A DNA stretch of 64,000 nucleotides from an uncultured Candidatus Saccharibacteria bacterium (GTDB lineage Bacteria > Patescibacteriota > Minisyncoccia > Phycocordibacterales > SBAW01), in NCBI GenBank assembly GCA_964420015.1, contig CAYQPO010000002.1, positions 74,121-138,120 of the forward strand, in the 5' to 3' direction. Within the stretch, counting starts at the first letter, position 1. The number at the start of each line of letters is the position of its first letter. The position numbers were made by a program, and so were the translations under genes. Below the pieces are notes generated by a model, which did not search any database, had not been told where the DNA came from, and was given only the letters and a program-made list of their open reading frames with translations. This document shows positions 8,322 to 16,952 of the stretch, one piece after another.

Positions 8322-8489
8322 ATTGATCGCGCACCCACTTTATTTTCTCATCAGAGGTCATAGTAATCGTAATATCTCTTAAATCTACGCTTTTTGGCGC
8401 TGTTTTGGAAGCGAAAGTTGCTTACGGGAAAGTATGCCAGTATAGTCCGTATGGAAGCTCTATCAACGCGAGCAAGAGGGAGACGAACT

Positions 8490-9353
8490 ATGGAGTACGA
8501 AGGTACTCTCTCCGTCCTCTCGCAGCTTGCGAAAGGACAAGGGAAAACAGGGCTTTTGGTACTTTCTGGCGGTACGCGCGGAGTATACGGAGCGGCACAA
8601 ACCCGCGCTTTGGAGGAACGCGGTCTACGAGACAACTTTGAGGTGCTTGCGGGTATCTCAAGTGGAGCGGGGCCGATACTCTATTTCGCTGGCGGCGTCG
8701 TGTCGCGGGGAGTACGAGTGTATTACGAGGAGTGCCCCAAGTCCGACTTTCTATCGTTTGCGCCACGACGGGTACGCAACGGCACGATGTTAGACCCGAA
8801 CTTCTTGGGTGCGGTATTTCGCGGCAAGATTGGCACTAACGGCGTGTGTCTTGATGCAGTGAAGTCGTGTGCTGCTGATGTCGTGGTCGGACTTACTGAT
8901 TGCGAAAGCGGGCAGGGCGTATTCGTGGACATCAAAACTGCGATGCCCGACCCCGTGGAAGCAGTCATTGCGTCAATGGCGATGCCCATTCTGTGCAGGC
9001 GACCGTTCGTCGTGAACGGCAAGCGGTATCGCGATGGAGGCGTAGAAAGTATCCCGTTTCCAGCCCGCAAGTTGGTTGAGGGTTGGGGGCTTGATGCCCT
9101 TATCGTGTTTGCTAACCGACCCCGCTCGTGGGTGCATTCGCGCCCGCGACAAGTGGTGGAGCGCCTCGTGTCAAAAGACCGCACAGCTTTTGATGTGAAC
9201 CTGCATTACCTGCGAACCGCAGGACTGCCGTACTTGCTTGTCTGGACTGATAACGAGCTTGGCTTTCTGGAACAACGGGCATCCAGATTGCAGGCGGCTG
9301 CGGAACGCGGCTACAACTTTATGAGCGAGTTGCTCAACCGCGCGGATGTTTAG
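8490..9353 (+). CDS. Patatin-like phospholipase
   Basis: LSGGTRG, GISSG nucleophile elbow, ASMAMP, YRDGG; ATG 8490 follows AGGGAGA. Confidence 0.85.
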   Translation: MEYEGTLSVLSQLAKGQGKTGLLVLSGGTRGVYGAAQTRALEERGLRDNFEVLAGISSGAGPILYFAGGVVSRGVRVYYEECPKSDFLSFAPRRVRNGTMLDPNFLGAVFRGKIGTNGVCLDAVKSCAADVVVGLTDCESGQGVFVDIKTAMPDPVEAVIASMAMPILCRRPFVVNGKRYRDGGVESIPFPARKLVEGWGLDALIVFANRPRSWVHSRPRQVVERLVSKDRTAFDVNLHYLRTAGLPYLLVWTDNELGFLEQRASRLQAAAERGYNFMSELLNRADV

Positions 9354-9401
9354 TACCGCGCGGTTTTTTCATAACAAAAATGACCCGACAACGCAGTCAG
9401 G

Positions 9402-9764
9402 TCATAGATGCAACAAGCCCACAATGAGCGGCACAGCCATCAGCCCGATAGGGAGAGCTGTGCTTGACCACTCGGGTAGCCGTATCCCAAACCATTTGTG
9501 GATGTAATGAGTGAGACAAGCTCCCTCAAACACCTCCTTACCCTCGCGCATTAGCGCTTCTTTTTCTTTGAGGGTGCACGGGCAGCCACCGAACTTGTGC
9601 CACAGATAGCTTGAAATGGCGATACCTGTGGCGCAGAGGCAGACGAGATAGAAGCCCGAAAGCAGGTTGGGATAGTAGATTACGGCAAGCGAGGTACTCG
9701 GCGAGGCGACCACAAGGGTCGCAAACATCGCCGTATGAGCGGCGAGGATGACCCTTGAGCGCAT
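9402..9764 (-). CDS. Membrane protein, DUF2784-like
   Basis: TM helices, N-terminal H, GGCPCT..E..L...G......CL.HY. Confidence 0.65.
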   Translation of the reverse strand: MRSRVILAAHTAMFATLVVASPSTSLAVIYYPNLLSGFYLVCLCATGIAISSYLWHKFGGCPCTLKEKEALMREGKEVFEGACLTHYIHKWFGIRLPEWSSTALPIGLMAVPLIVGLLHL

Positions 9765-9867
9765 AGCTGCGTACTCCGTTGAGAGCGTCCACGAGGGAAT
9801 ATAGGCAACTTGCCGCGTTTTGTCTATCGCGCTTTATGCAGTAGCCAATAACTCTGGTATAAAGATT

Positions 9868-9930
9868 TGGTAGGCAAAAGCGGATTTACCAGCCAAAAGC
9901 ACGGTTCCAACTTCGTCCAAGACCCCCAGC
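9868..9930 (+). repeat. Degenerate tRNA-Gln copy (D-loop remnant through 3' end)
   Basis: TGGTAGGCAAAAGCGGA...GGTTCCAACTTCGTCCAAGACCCCCAGC versus tRNA TGGTAGGACAACGGA...GGTTCGAATCCAAGTCCGGCAGC. Confidence 0.6.
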
Positions 9931-10003
9931 CAGTTTGAGGTAGGTTCTCGCGCTCAAGTCGCGTTGACTTAGCAGACACAAACCAAAGCGATACAATAGA
10001 GAA

Positions 10004-10648
10004 GTGGAAATTAATTTTACCTACAACACAGAGAAAGATATTTGGTGTCTTTTGAACAAAGGCAAAAGTTCAAATAATTCCCAAAACCCTACTAAAATCT
10101 ACGAACAGCTTGTGGCCGAGCATGGAGAAAGTCCCACTTCTGAAGCTACTGTTGATTTCATAGAAAAATATATTTCAGAAAAAAATATTGATCTTCAAAA
10201 ATGTGTAGAAATCTTTCAGAAAGATTGGGACAGTGTTTCAGATGAATATCACAAACGCGCAGAGGCAATCTTTGGAGCTTCTCTCCCTAACGCTGTTACA
10301 GCGTATCTTACGGTAAACACAAGATGCCCCTACAGCATAGAAAATAATTATTTCTATGTATCTGCCCAGAATTCATCTCCAAGAAAAACTGCTATGCATG
10401 AGTTGTGGCATTTCTACACCTGGTATGGTCTTGGAACTGATCAGGAAGAAAAATTAGGAAAACAAAAATACAACGACCTAAAAGAATCTCTTACAGTTTT
10501 GCTAAATGTTGAGTGCAAAGATCTGTTGCCTGAGGGAGTTACTGACGCTGGTTATCCTCAGCATACAGAAATGAGAGCCAAGATTTTAGAGTTTTGGGAA
10601 AAGGATAGAAATATACGAAACCTCTGGGAATATTTAACAAGTTTATAA
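10004..10648 (+). CDS. Hypothetical protein with HExxH motif (possible zinc metallopeptidase)
   Basis: AMHELWHFY...LKESLT; AT-rich cargo gene. Confidence 0.7.
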   Translation: MEINFTYNTEKDIWCLLNKGKSSNNSQNPTKIYEQLVAEHGESPTSEATVDFIEKYISEKNIDLQKCVEIFQKDWDSVSDEYHKRAEAIFGASLPNAVTAYLTVNTRCPYSIENNYFYVSAQNSSPRKTAMHELWHFYTWYGLGTDQEEKLGKQKYNDLKESLTVLLNVECKDLLPEGVTDAGYPQHTEMRAKILEFWEKDRNIRNLWEYLTSL

Positions 10649-10717
10649 GCGCTCGAGACGCGTCGATTGAGTCATGTAGAATGTAGCTAAACCGTCAAGC
10701 AGGGTAAGGCCGACCAC

Positions 10718-10740
10718 GGTTCGAGCTCAAGTCGGCCAGC
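10718..10740 (+). repeat. Degenerate tRNA-Gln 3'-end copy
   Basis: GGTTCGAGCTCAAGTCGGCCAGC versus GGTTCGAATCCAAGTCCGGCAGC. Confidence 0.7.
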
Positions 10741-10749
10741 AATGATTTT

Positions 10750-11283
10750 ATGAAAATATTTATCACTGGAGTTTCTGGTACTGGTAAATCGACGACAATA
10801 GAAAAGCTAAAGGAAAAAGGAATACGCGCGATTGATATTGATGCAGTTTCTGAGCTTTGTCGGTGGATACATACAGGTACAAAAGAAGTTGCTCATTGGC
10901 ACTCGGGCATTGGAAATGAGTTTTTTAAAACCCATCAATATATTTGTGACAGAGATAAACTCATTGAACTCATGAACAAAACTGCAGGTCCTGTTGTGGT
11001 TGCAGGGCTTTCTGATACACAGGCGGACACTTTATTTGATTTATTCGATAAAATTATTCTCTTCCGATGCGACGAAGAAGTATTTTTTGGACGCATCAAT
11101 AATCGCATCAACCATGACTTCGGCAAACACGAATCCGAACAGAAAATGATACGGGGGTGGTACAAAGAGTTTGAGCAAGAGATGTTGGATAAAGGGGCCA
11201 TACCTATTGATACAGACCAGCCGATTGAGCAGATAGTGAACATAATACTTCAAGAGTTTGAGGCACCAAATATCACTCGCTAG
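10750..11283 (+). CDS. P-loop nucleoside/nucleotide kinase-like AAA family protein
   Basis: ITGVSGTGKST Walker A, IDID, R..HDFGK, IDTDQP. Confidence 0.82.
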   Translation: MKIFITGVSGTGKSTTIEKLKEKGIRAIDIDAVSELCRWIHTGTKEVAHWHSGIGNEFFKTHQYICDRDKLIELMNKTAGPVVVAGLSDTQADTLFDLFDKIILFRCDEEVFFGRINNRINHDFGKHESEQKMIRGWYKEFEQEMLDKGAIPIDTDQPIEQIVNIILQEFEAPNITR

Positions 11284-11309
11284 TTCTAAACTTATCCAAG
11301 TTGGGCAGC
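11283..11309 (+). repeat. Degenerate tRNA-Gln 3'-end copy
   Basis: GTTCTAAACTTATCCAAGTTGGGCAGC, overlapping the upstream stop codon. Confidence 0.6.
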
Positions 11310-11326
11310 TAGGGTAAAATTATTAT

Positions 11327-11923
11327 ATGACCCAAGCCGAGCAGTTGAAGCGGGTTTTGAAACTCCATCAATTATTTCATGATGGAAAAATTCCTACACT
11401 CGCGCAGCACGAGGTGAACCCTGGTCTGCCAAAGGGGAGTAGAGAGAACTATCTGTACTTTACTTTGCCACCCTCCATTAACTTTCAACGGCAATCGCCA
11501 GCCATGTGGGCTTCGGCGTTAAAGACTTGGAATGATCCAGAAACGAACTATCTTTTCTTTCCTGAAAAAGTAGCAGAAAAGACGCGAGAGCAGGTTCAAA
11601 AAGATTTATTAAAACACAAGCTCGCGCTGCAACTCAACAAGCATACAGATATTTGGATGGCTGTGTGCAAAGCATTTCATGCGCATTTTAAGGATGACCC
11701 TCGAGAGTTGTTTAAGGCGGGGGATTGGGATGTGGTTGGTATCCACCCCGACACCCATGTTTTGCAATGCTCAGTAAAGTTGGGCCTCACCACTCCCTCC
11801 ATGTCCTCTTTGGAAGTCGCTGCTGTATGGAAGGAGCTGCTTGGTAATGGCAAAGTGGCTCCTGTAGAAATGCATCCTGTTTTATGGAATTGGAGCCGCA
11901 ATAACTTCTTCCCCGAGGTCTAA
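11327..11923 (+). CDS. Hypothetical protein, DNA glycosylase (HhH-GPD)-like, possibly internally deleted
   Basis: ENYLYFTLP..INFQR.S..MW.SA..T..D, PDTHV...S.KLG, HPVLW.WSR. Confidence 0.55.
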   Translation: MTQAEQLKRVLKLHQLFHDGKIPTLAQHEVNPGLPKGSRENYLYFTLPPSINFQRQSPAMWASALKTWNDPETNYLFFPEKVAEKTREQVQKDLLKHKLALQLNKHTDIWMAVCKAFHAHFKDDPRELFKAGDWDVVGIHPDTHVLQCSVKLGLTTPSMSSLEVAAVWKELLGNGKVAPVEMHPVLWNWSRNNFFPEV

Positions 11924-11926
11924 AAA

Positions 11927-11954
11927 GGTTCCAACATCGTCCCACAAACCCAGC
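11927..11954 (+). repeat. Degenerate tRNA-Gln 3'-end copy
   Basis: GGTTCCAACATCGTCCCACAAACCCAGC; the first 16 nt match the copy at 9903 at 15/16. Confidence 0.65.
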
Positions 11955-11979
11955 AAAATTGCGGTGTTAGAATACACTC

Positions 11980-12342
11980 ATGTGGCACGAGCGGGCGAAG
12001 CACTGGTTTACTTCTGAAGAGAAGTTTTTAAAGACCCCCGTCGGCATCTTTTTGCTCGGGGCGTTTTTAGGTGAGCTTGCGCCCGACCCCACGGATGCAG
12101 TCCATTTTTGGCTCCAAGAACACATACTCAACAACCCGGCGATCTCCGCTTTTTGGCGCGCATTTTTGCAAATATTCGACTGGTACTTCATGAGCGCATG
12201 TTACTTCCTCTTGCTTTTAGTGCTTGCTTACTTTTTACACATCACTAACGTCGGTGCGGTTAAGCGCTTTACCATTGTCGCGGGCATCTTGAGCATCGGC
12301 GCGGCGGTAGGTATCCTTGCACGGTTTGTCCTGGGGGCTTAA
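11980..12342 (+). CDS. Hypothetical membrane protein
   Basis: ORF with 3 hydrophobic segments. Confidence 0.65.
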   Translation: MWHERAKHWFTSEEKFLKTPVGIFLLGAFLGELAPDPTDAVHFWLQEHILNNPAISAFWRAFLQIFDWYFMSACYFLLLLVLAYFLHITNVGAVKRFTIVAGILSIGAAVGILARFVLGA

Positions 12343-12487
12343 AAGGGTTGTCGCTGAAGTGTTTTTTGCTATCCACACGGCATCTGCACGTTTTTAAAAA
12401 TTAGAGTACTATAGAGAGCACAGGATTGGCTCGCGCGGCGAGCCGGCCGTTTTTATTTTTTGGCCGGTCTCCAGTGCGAGAAAAGCA

Positions 12488-13138
12488 ATGAAGACCAACC
12501 AAACCCTTACTCAAAATTTTTATGAACTCTCGGCGCGCCCGGCAGTTCTTTTTGCGCTGGCGGTAGCGCTCTCGCTCATACCCAGTTTGAGCACGAGTGT
12601 TCTCGATCAACCGGCTGCCCTGTTTCAACAAGCAACCGAGACGTTTGTGTCGAGCACCTACGAGGCAAGCGACCTTTTTGTGGCGAGCGCCTATGGTTCG
12701 TACTGGGGAGCTTCAGACCTTGGCTCTGCATCGAGCGAAGCGTACGCCGCAGTGGTCGCCCGCGCCGCGGAGAATATGAGCGACGATCTTAACCTCTCGA
12801 CCAAAACAGTGGTCGCCTCTGTGCTCAGCGCATTTGCGGTTGACCCATCGGTGCGCGCGGCAGCGGTGCCGCTTGCAAATCCGCTGGGGATTACCCTCAG
12901 TGTTGCCTACGACCCCAGCTCGCAAACTACCGCTTTACAAGACGAAGGTCGTTTCGGCTATCTACAGTATTTGCCCGATGCGATGATCGATACAACGCTG
13001 CAGTATGAGCACGCCGTGGGCAGTGCATTTTACTCTGCGGCCGATACGAGTGCCGCTGCGCTTAATGCTTCCGTCGAGTGGGAGCGCGCGTTGCGCGCGG
13101 GCGTAGACGAGCGGCTCGCCGCAGGAGGTTCGGTTTAA
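12488..13138 (+). CDS. Hypothetical Ala/Ser-rich secreted or membrane protein
   Basis: N-terminal hydrophobic segment; fills the gap before typA. Confidence 0.6.
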   Translation: MKTNQTLTQNFYELSARPAVLFALAVALSLIPSLSTSVLDQPAALFQQATETFVSSTYEASDLFVASAYGSYWGASDLGSASSEAYAAVVARAAENMSDDLNLSTKTVVASVLSAFAVDPSVRAAAVPLANPLGITLSVAYDPSSQTTALQDEGRFGYLQYLPDAMIDTTLQYEHAVGSAFYSAADTSAAALNASVEWERALRAGVDERLAAGGSV

Positions 13139-13245
13139 GGACGAGTTCACTCCCGTCTTGCTGCGCGTGCAATTTTAAGGTAGGTTGTGTATACAAGCGC
13201 GCGAGCCCTGGGCCGTAGCCGGGCGAGGCGCTTTTTTCATATCTC

Positions 13246-15018
13246 ATGGAACCACGGGAAATCCGCAACATAGCGATCATCGCGCATGTCGATCACGGTA
13301 AGACTACACTTACTGATGCGCTTTTGCGTCAGCTTGGAGTGGCGGGTGAGGGGACCTCGATGGACAGCAATGATCTCGAAAAAGAGCGCGGCATCACAAT
13401 CTATGCCAAAAACGCTGCGGTCGAGTACAAGGGCACCAAAATAAACATCGTCGACACGCCAGGCCACGCCGACTTCGGCTCCGAGGTTGAACGCGTGCTT
13501 CGCTCGATTGACTCGGTACTCTTGGTAGTCGACGCTCAAGAGGGTCCCATGCCGCAAACGCGCTTTGTACTCAAAAAAAGTCTCGAGCTTGGCCTCAAGC
13601 CGATTGTGGTCATCAACAAAATCGACAAGCCTGCGGCTAATCCCGCGATGGCTGAAGAGGCGGTGCTGGAACTTTTTTTGGAACTTGGTGCCAACGACGA
13701 GCAGAGCAATTTTCCGGTGGTGTACACGGTCGGTCGCCAAGGCATCGCCAAAAAGAAATTGAGCGACGAAAGCGCCGACCTCACTCCGCTACTCGAAACC
13801 ATTTTGGAACACGTCAAACCGGCCTCCTCGCCAGAGCTTGCCCAAAAGCCGATGCGGGCGCAGGCTTTTAACCTCGCGTACGACAACTTTTTGGGGCGCC
13901 TAGCATTCGTACGCATCTACGACGGCGTTATGTCTGTGGGACAAAGCGTCTTTGTAAAAAATACTCAAGGAGCAACGCGGCCGGGTAAAGTACTCAAGAT
14001 TTTTTCTTTCCGCGGACTCGAACGAGTTGAAACCCTCCAAGCTTCTGCTGGCGACATTGTGCTCATCGCGGGGCTCCCCGACATCTACATCGGTGAGACG
14101 ATTTGTGCGCAAGAGAGCTCGGAGATGTTGCCGACGATCGCGGTCGACGAGCCAACGATCGGGCTCAACTTTTTGGTCAACAACTCGCCGTTTGCGGGGC
14201 GTGAGGGCAAGTTTGTTACCACGCGCCAGATTCGCGAGCGGCTCGAACGTGAGCTCGAGGTCAATGTGGGGCTTAAGGTTGATTTTTCTTCGGCTGAGGC
14301 ATTTCGCGTGTATGGTCGTGGCGAGCTCCACATTGCGGTCTTGCTCGAAAACATGCGCCGCGAAGGCTACGAAGTACAGGTCTCCCAACCGCAAGTGATT
14401 TATCACGAAGAGAGCGGAGTCAAGATGGAGCCGTTCGAGGAGGTGATCATCGACATCCCCGCAGAGTACCAAGGCGCTATCATCGAAAAGTTGGGCCAAC
14501 GTAAAGTGGTGATCAAAGACATGCGCGCACACGACAGAGCGGTGCGCATTATTTTAGAGGGGCCAACCCGCGGGCTCCTCGGCTATCGCTCGCAGTTTGT
14601 GCTCGACACGCGCGGCGAGGGGATTTTTTCCTCGCGCTTTAGCGAGTTTAGGCCCTATGCCGGCGACATTGTTAAGCGCGCGGTGGGTTCGATGGTTGCG
14701 ATGGCCGCAGGCAAAGCACTTGGGTTTTCGCTCTGGAATTTGCAAGACCGTGGAGTGCTCTACATCGGCCCAGGCGTTGAGGTGTACGAAGGCGAGGTGA
14801 TCGGCAACACCGCTAAGGGTGAGCAAATGTTTGTAAATCCGACCAAGGGCAAACAACTCACCAACATGCGCGCTTCGGGCTCTGACGAAGCAATCTACTT
14901 GACCCCGCCGTATGAACTTACGATCGAGCGCGGGCTCGAGGTCATGGCCGATGACGAATATTTGGAGGTCACTCCCAAAAGTGTTCGCCTGCGCAAGCAG
15001 CCCGGCGCACGCTTCTAG
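13246..15018 (+). CDS. typA: Translational GTPase TypA/BipA
   Basis: [53 protein letters not shown]. Confidence 0.97.
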   Translation: MEPREIRNIAIIAHVDHGKTTLTDALLRQLGVAGEGTSMDSNDLEKERGITIYAKNAAVEYKGTKINIVDTPGHADFGSEVERVLRSIDSVLLVVDAQEGPMPQTRFVLKKSLELGLKPIVVINKIDKPAANPAMAEEAVLELFLELGANDEQSNFPVVYTVGRQGIAKKKLSDESADLTPLLETILEHVKPASSPELAQKPMRAQAFNLAYDNFLGRLAFVRIYDGVMSVGQSVFVKNTQGATRPGKVLKIFSFRGLERVETLQASAGDIVLIAGLPDIYIGETICAQESSEMLPTIAVDEPTIGLNFLVNNSPFAGREGKFVTTRQIRERLERELEVNVGLKVDFSSAEAFRVYGRGELHIAVLLENMRREGYEVQVSQPQVIYHEESGVKMEPFEEVIIDIPAEYQGAIIEKLGQRKVVIKDMRAHDRAVRIILEGPTRGLLGYRSQFVLDTRGEGIFSSRFSEFRPYAGDIVKRAVGSMVAMAAGKALGFSLWNLQDRGVLYIGPGVEVYEGEVIGNTAKGEQMFVNPTKGKQLTNMRASGSDEAIYLTPPYELTIERGLEVMADDEYLEVTPKSVRLRKQPGARF

Positions 15019-15110
15019 TTTTGAAATAACTTTTTGTCTGTGTGTGTACTACAAACGAGGCTCTTATCTGCCTCGCCATGGCCCAATTATTGGCTCACAT
15101 AAAAGTCTAC

Positions 15111-15521
15111 ATGAACAGATCTACATTACTAGCTGTCCCACTCGCTGCAGTTGCACTCCTTGCCGGGGGTGCTGCGGTTGGATACACCAATCTTGCCGCA
15201 GCACAAACGCCATCGAGTACCACCACGACCGATACGCAAGGTGACTTCCATCATGGTCCCGGTGGTGAAGGGTTTAGAGGACACGGTCCAGGTGCAATGG
15301 GCACTGTAAGTGCAGTCGACGGCAACACCATTACGCTCACGGGTAAAAATGGCACGACCTACACGATTGATGCCTCAAGCGCTACGGTGGACAAAATTTC
15401 TGCTATCAATGTCTCGCAAATACAAGTGGGTGACACGATCGGGGTTCAGGGTTCTGTCTCTGGGAGCTCAATCACCGCTAAGCACATCATGGACGGCGTC
15501 CCCCCAGCTCAGCAGCAATAA
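15111..15521 (+). CDS. Secreted OB-fold protein (DUF5666-like)
   Basis: Signal peptide, GTVSAVDGNTITL, IQVGD.I.VQG....ITA..I. Confidence 0.7.
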   Translation: MNRSTLLAVPLAAVALLAGGAAVGYTNLAAAQTPSSTTTTDTQGDFHHGPGGEGFRGHGPGAMGTVSAVDGNTITLTGKNGTTYTIDASSATVDKISAINVSQIQVGDTIGVQGSVSGSSITAKHIMDGVPPAQQQ

Positions 15522-15543
15522 AGCTCTCACAACCTGGGGCAAA

Positions 15544-15568
15544 CAAAACCCCGCTGTGCGGGGTTTTG
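15544..15568. terminator. Bidirectional terminator
   Basis: CAAAACCCCGC-TGT-GCGGGGTTTTG. Confidence 0.75.
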
Positions 15569-15610
15569 TGCTGCGTAATAAAAGATGAATCAAAAGTGTA
15601 GTATACAAAG

Positions 15611-16180
15611 ATGGGACCTCTATCCGCGCCAAGCGACGAGCAGGTCGCTTTGCGCGTACAGCAGGGTGACCGAGATGCTTTTGGCCTCTTGGTTGAGCGC
15701 TACCAAGAACGGCTCTCGCGTTACGCGCGGCGCTTTTTGCAGCGCGACTCCGATATAACCGACCTGGTGCAAGACACGTTTATCCGCGCGTATGAGCGTT
15801 TGCAGAGCTTTGATGCGACGCAAAAGTTCTCCCCATGGATTTACCGCGTTGCGCACAACGTGTTTATCAACGAGCTCAAGCGCTCATCGCGCAGCCCCTT
15901 AACCTTAGTTGACCTTGATACGCTCCTGGTGCACCCGGTCTACGACGACCCAGCAGTACGCGATCGCGAGCGGCGTGAAATCGCGGAGGCGCTTGAGGTG
16001 GGGTTGCAGAAACTTTCGCCGAAATACCGCGAGGTGCTGGTACTCTATTATGTAGAAGAGCTCGGCTACAAAGAAATTGCCGATGTGCTCGAGGTGCCGC
16101 AGGGCACCGTGGGAGTGCGCTTGCGGCGGGCAAAAGAAGCGCTCGCGCAAGTCCCCGAAGTGCAGGCACTACGCCCATGA
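15611..16180 (+). CDS. ECF RNA polymerase sigma factor
   Basis: DLVQDTF..AY, FSPWIYR.A.N, L.YKEIA.VL.VP.GTV..RL.RAK. Confidence 0.93.
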   Translation: MGPLSAPSDEQVALRVQQGDRDAFGLLVERYQERLSRYARRFLQRDSDITDLVQDTFIRAYERLQSFDATQKFSPWIYRVAHNVFINELKRSSRSPLTLVDLDTLLVHPVYDDPAVRDRERREIAEALEVGLQKLSPKYREVLVLYYVEELGYKEIADVLEVPQGTVGVRLRRAKEALAQVPEVQALRP

Positions 16181-16905
16181 CCACCGACAATCTCAAAAAC
16201 CAAATACTCGAAAAGATCCGCACAAAGCGGGTGAGCATGCGCCCTAAGATCTTCTTTACACTCCACGTGGGGGCGCTCATAGTGGTCGGGTTTTGTGTAC
16301 TCGCCCTCTCGGTATTTTTGTTCAATTACATTTCGTTCATCGTGCGACTTAATTCCCACGACGCACTTTTGGGTTTTGGGCCGCGTGGCATCGAGCTCTT
16401 CTTGCAAGTGTTTCCTTGGCCACTGCTTTTGCTCGACCTGGCGCTGGTGGTGCTTTTGGAGTGGCTGCTTAGGCATTTTAAGTTCGGCTATCGCCGGCCG
16501 GCACTTTTGTTGTTTGCAGGGCTGCTTCTCTCGAGTCTTATCGTGGGTAGTTTTCTCGATCGCGGCTTGCGGTTCAACGACAACTTCTTGCGTCGCGCTG
16601 ATCGGGGTATGCTTCCGCCGCCTCTGGGTGCGTTTTACGAGTACGCGCGCCGCCCGCCCGGGCCCGAGGAGTATCGGGGCACGATTACAGCGATCAACGG
16701 CACACAACTTACCGTGCAACTCGACAGCACCACCACAACCATAACAATAGAGGCGCCGCCTGAGCATGGCGACATTGCTGTGGGACAGCGGATCTTTATC
16801 TTTGGGCACTTTGGCACCTCGAGTATTCAAGCTTTTGGTATCAGGGGCCTGCCCCAAGACCGAGACGACCCGTTTGTCCCGCCGCCCGCCGTGTTGATGA
16901 AATAA
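16177..16905 (+). CDS. Membrane protein, putative anti-sigma factor
   Basis: ATGA overlap with the sigma gene; 3 TM segments plus a C-terminal OB-like domain. Confidence 0.65.
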   Translation: MTTDNLKNQILEKIRTKRVSMRPKIFFTLHVGALIVVGFCVLALSVFLFNYISFIVRLNSHDALLGFGPRGIELFLQVFPWPLLLLDLALVVLLEWLLRHFKFGYRRPALLLFAGLLLSSLIVGSFLDRGLRFNDNFLRRADRGMLPPPLGAFYEYARRPPGPEEYRGTITAINGTQLTVQLDSTTTTITIEAPPEHGDIAVGQRIFIFGHFGTSSIQAFGIRGLPQDRDDPFVPPPAVLMK

Positions 16906-16952
16906 AGTCGCGGTGGGCGTGGTACTAATGCTAAGGCTATTGTTTTGCCGGC

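Noticed and set aside
9903-11954. Classical integron attC array
   Set aside because: No intI gene and no RYYYAAC...GTTRRRY palindromic attC structure; the repeats match the tRNA 3' end instead.
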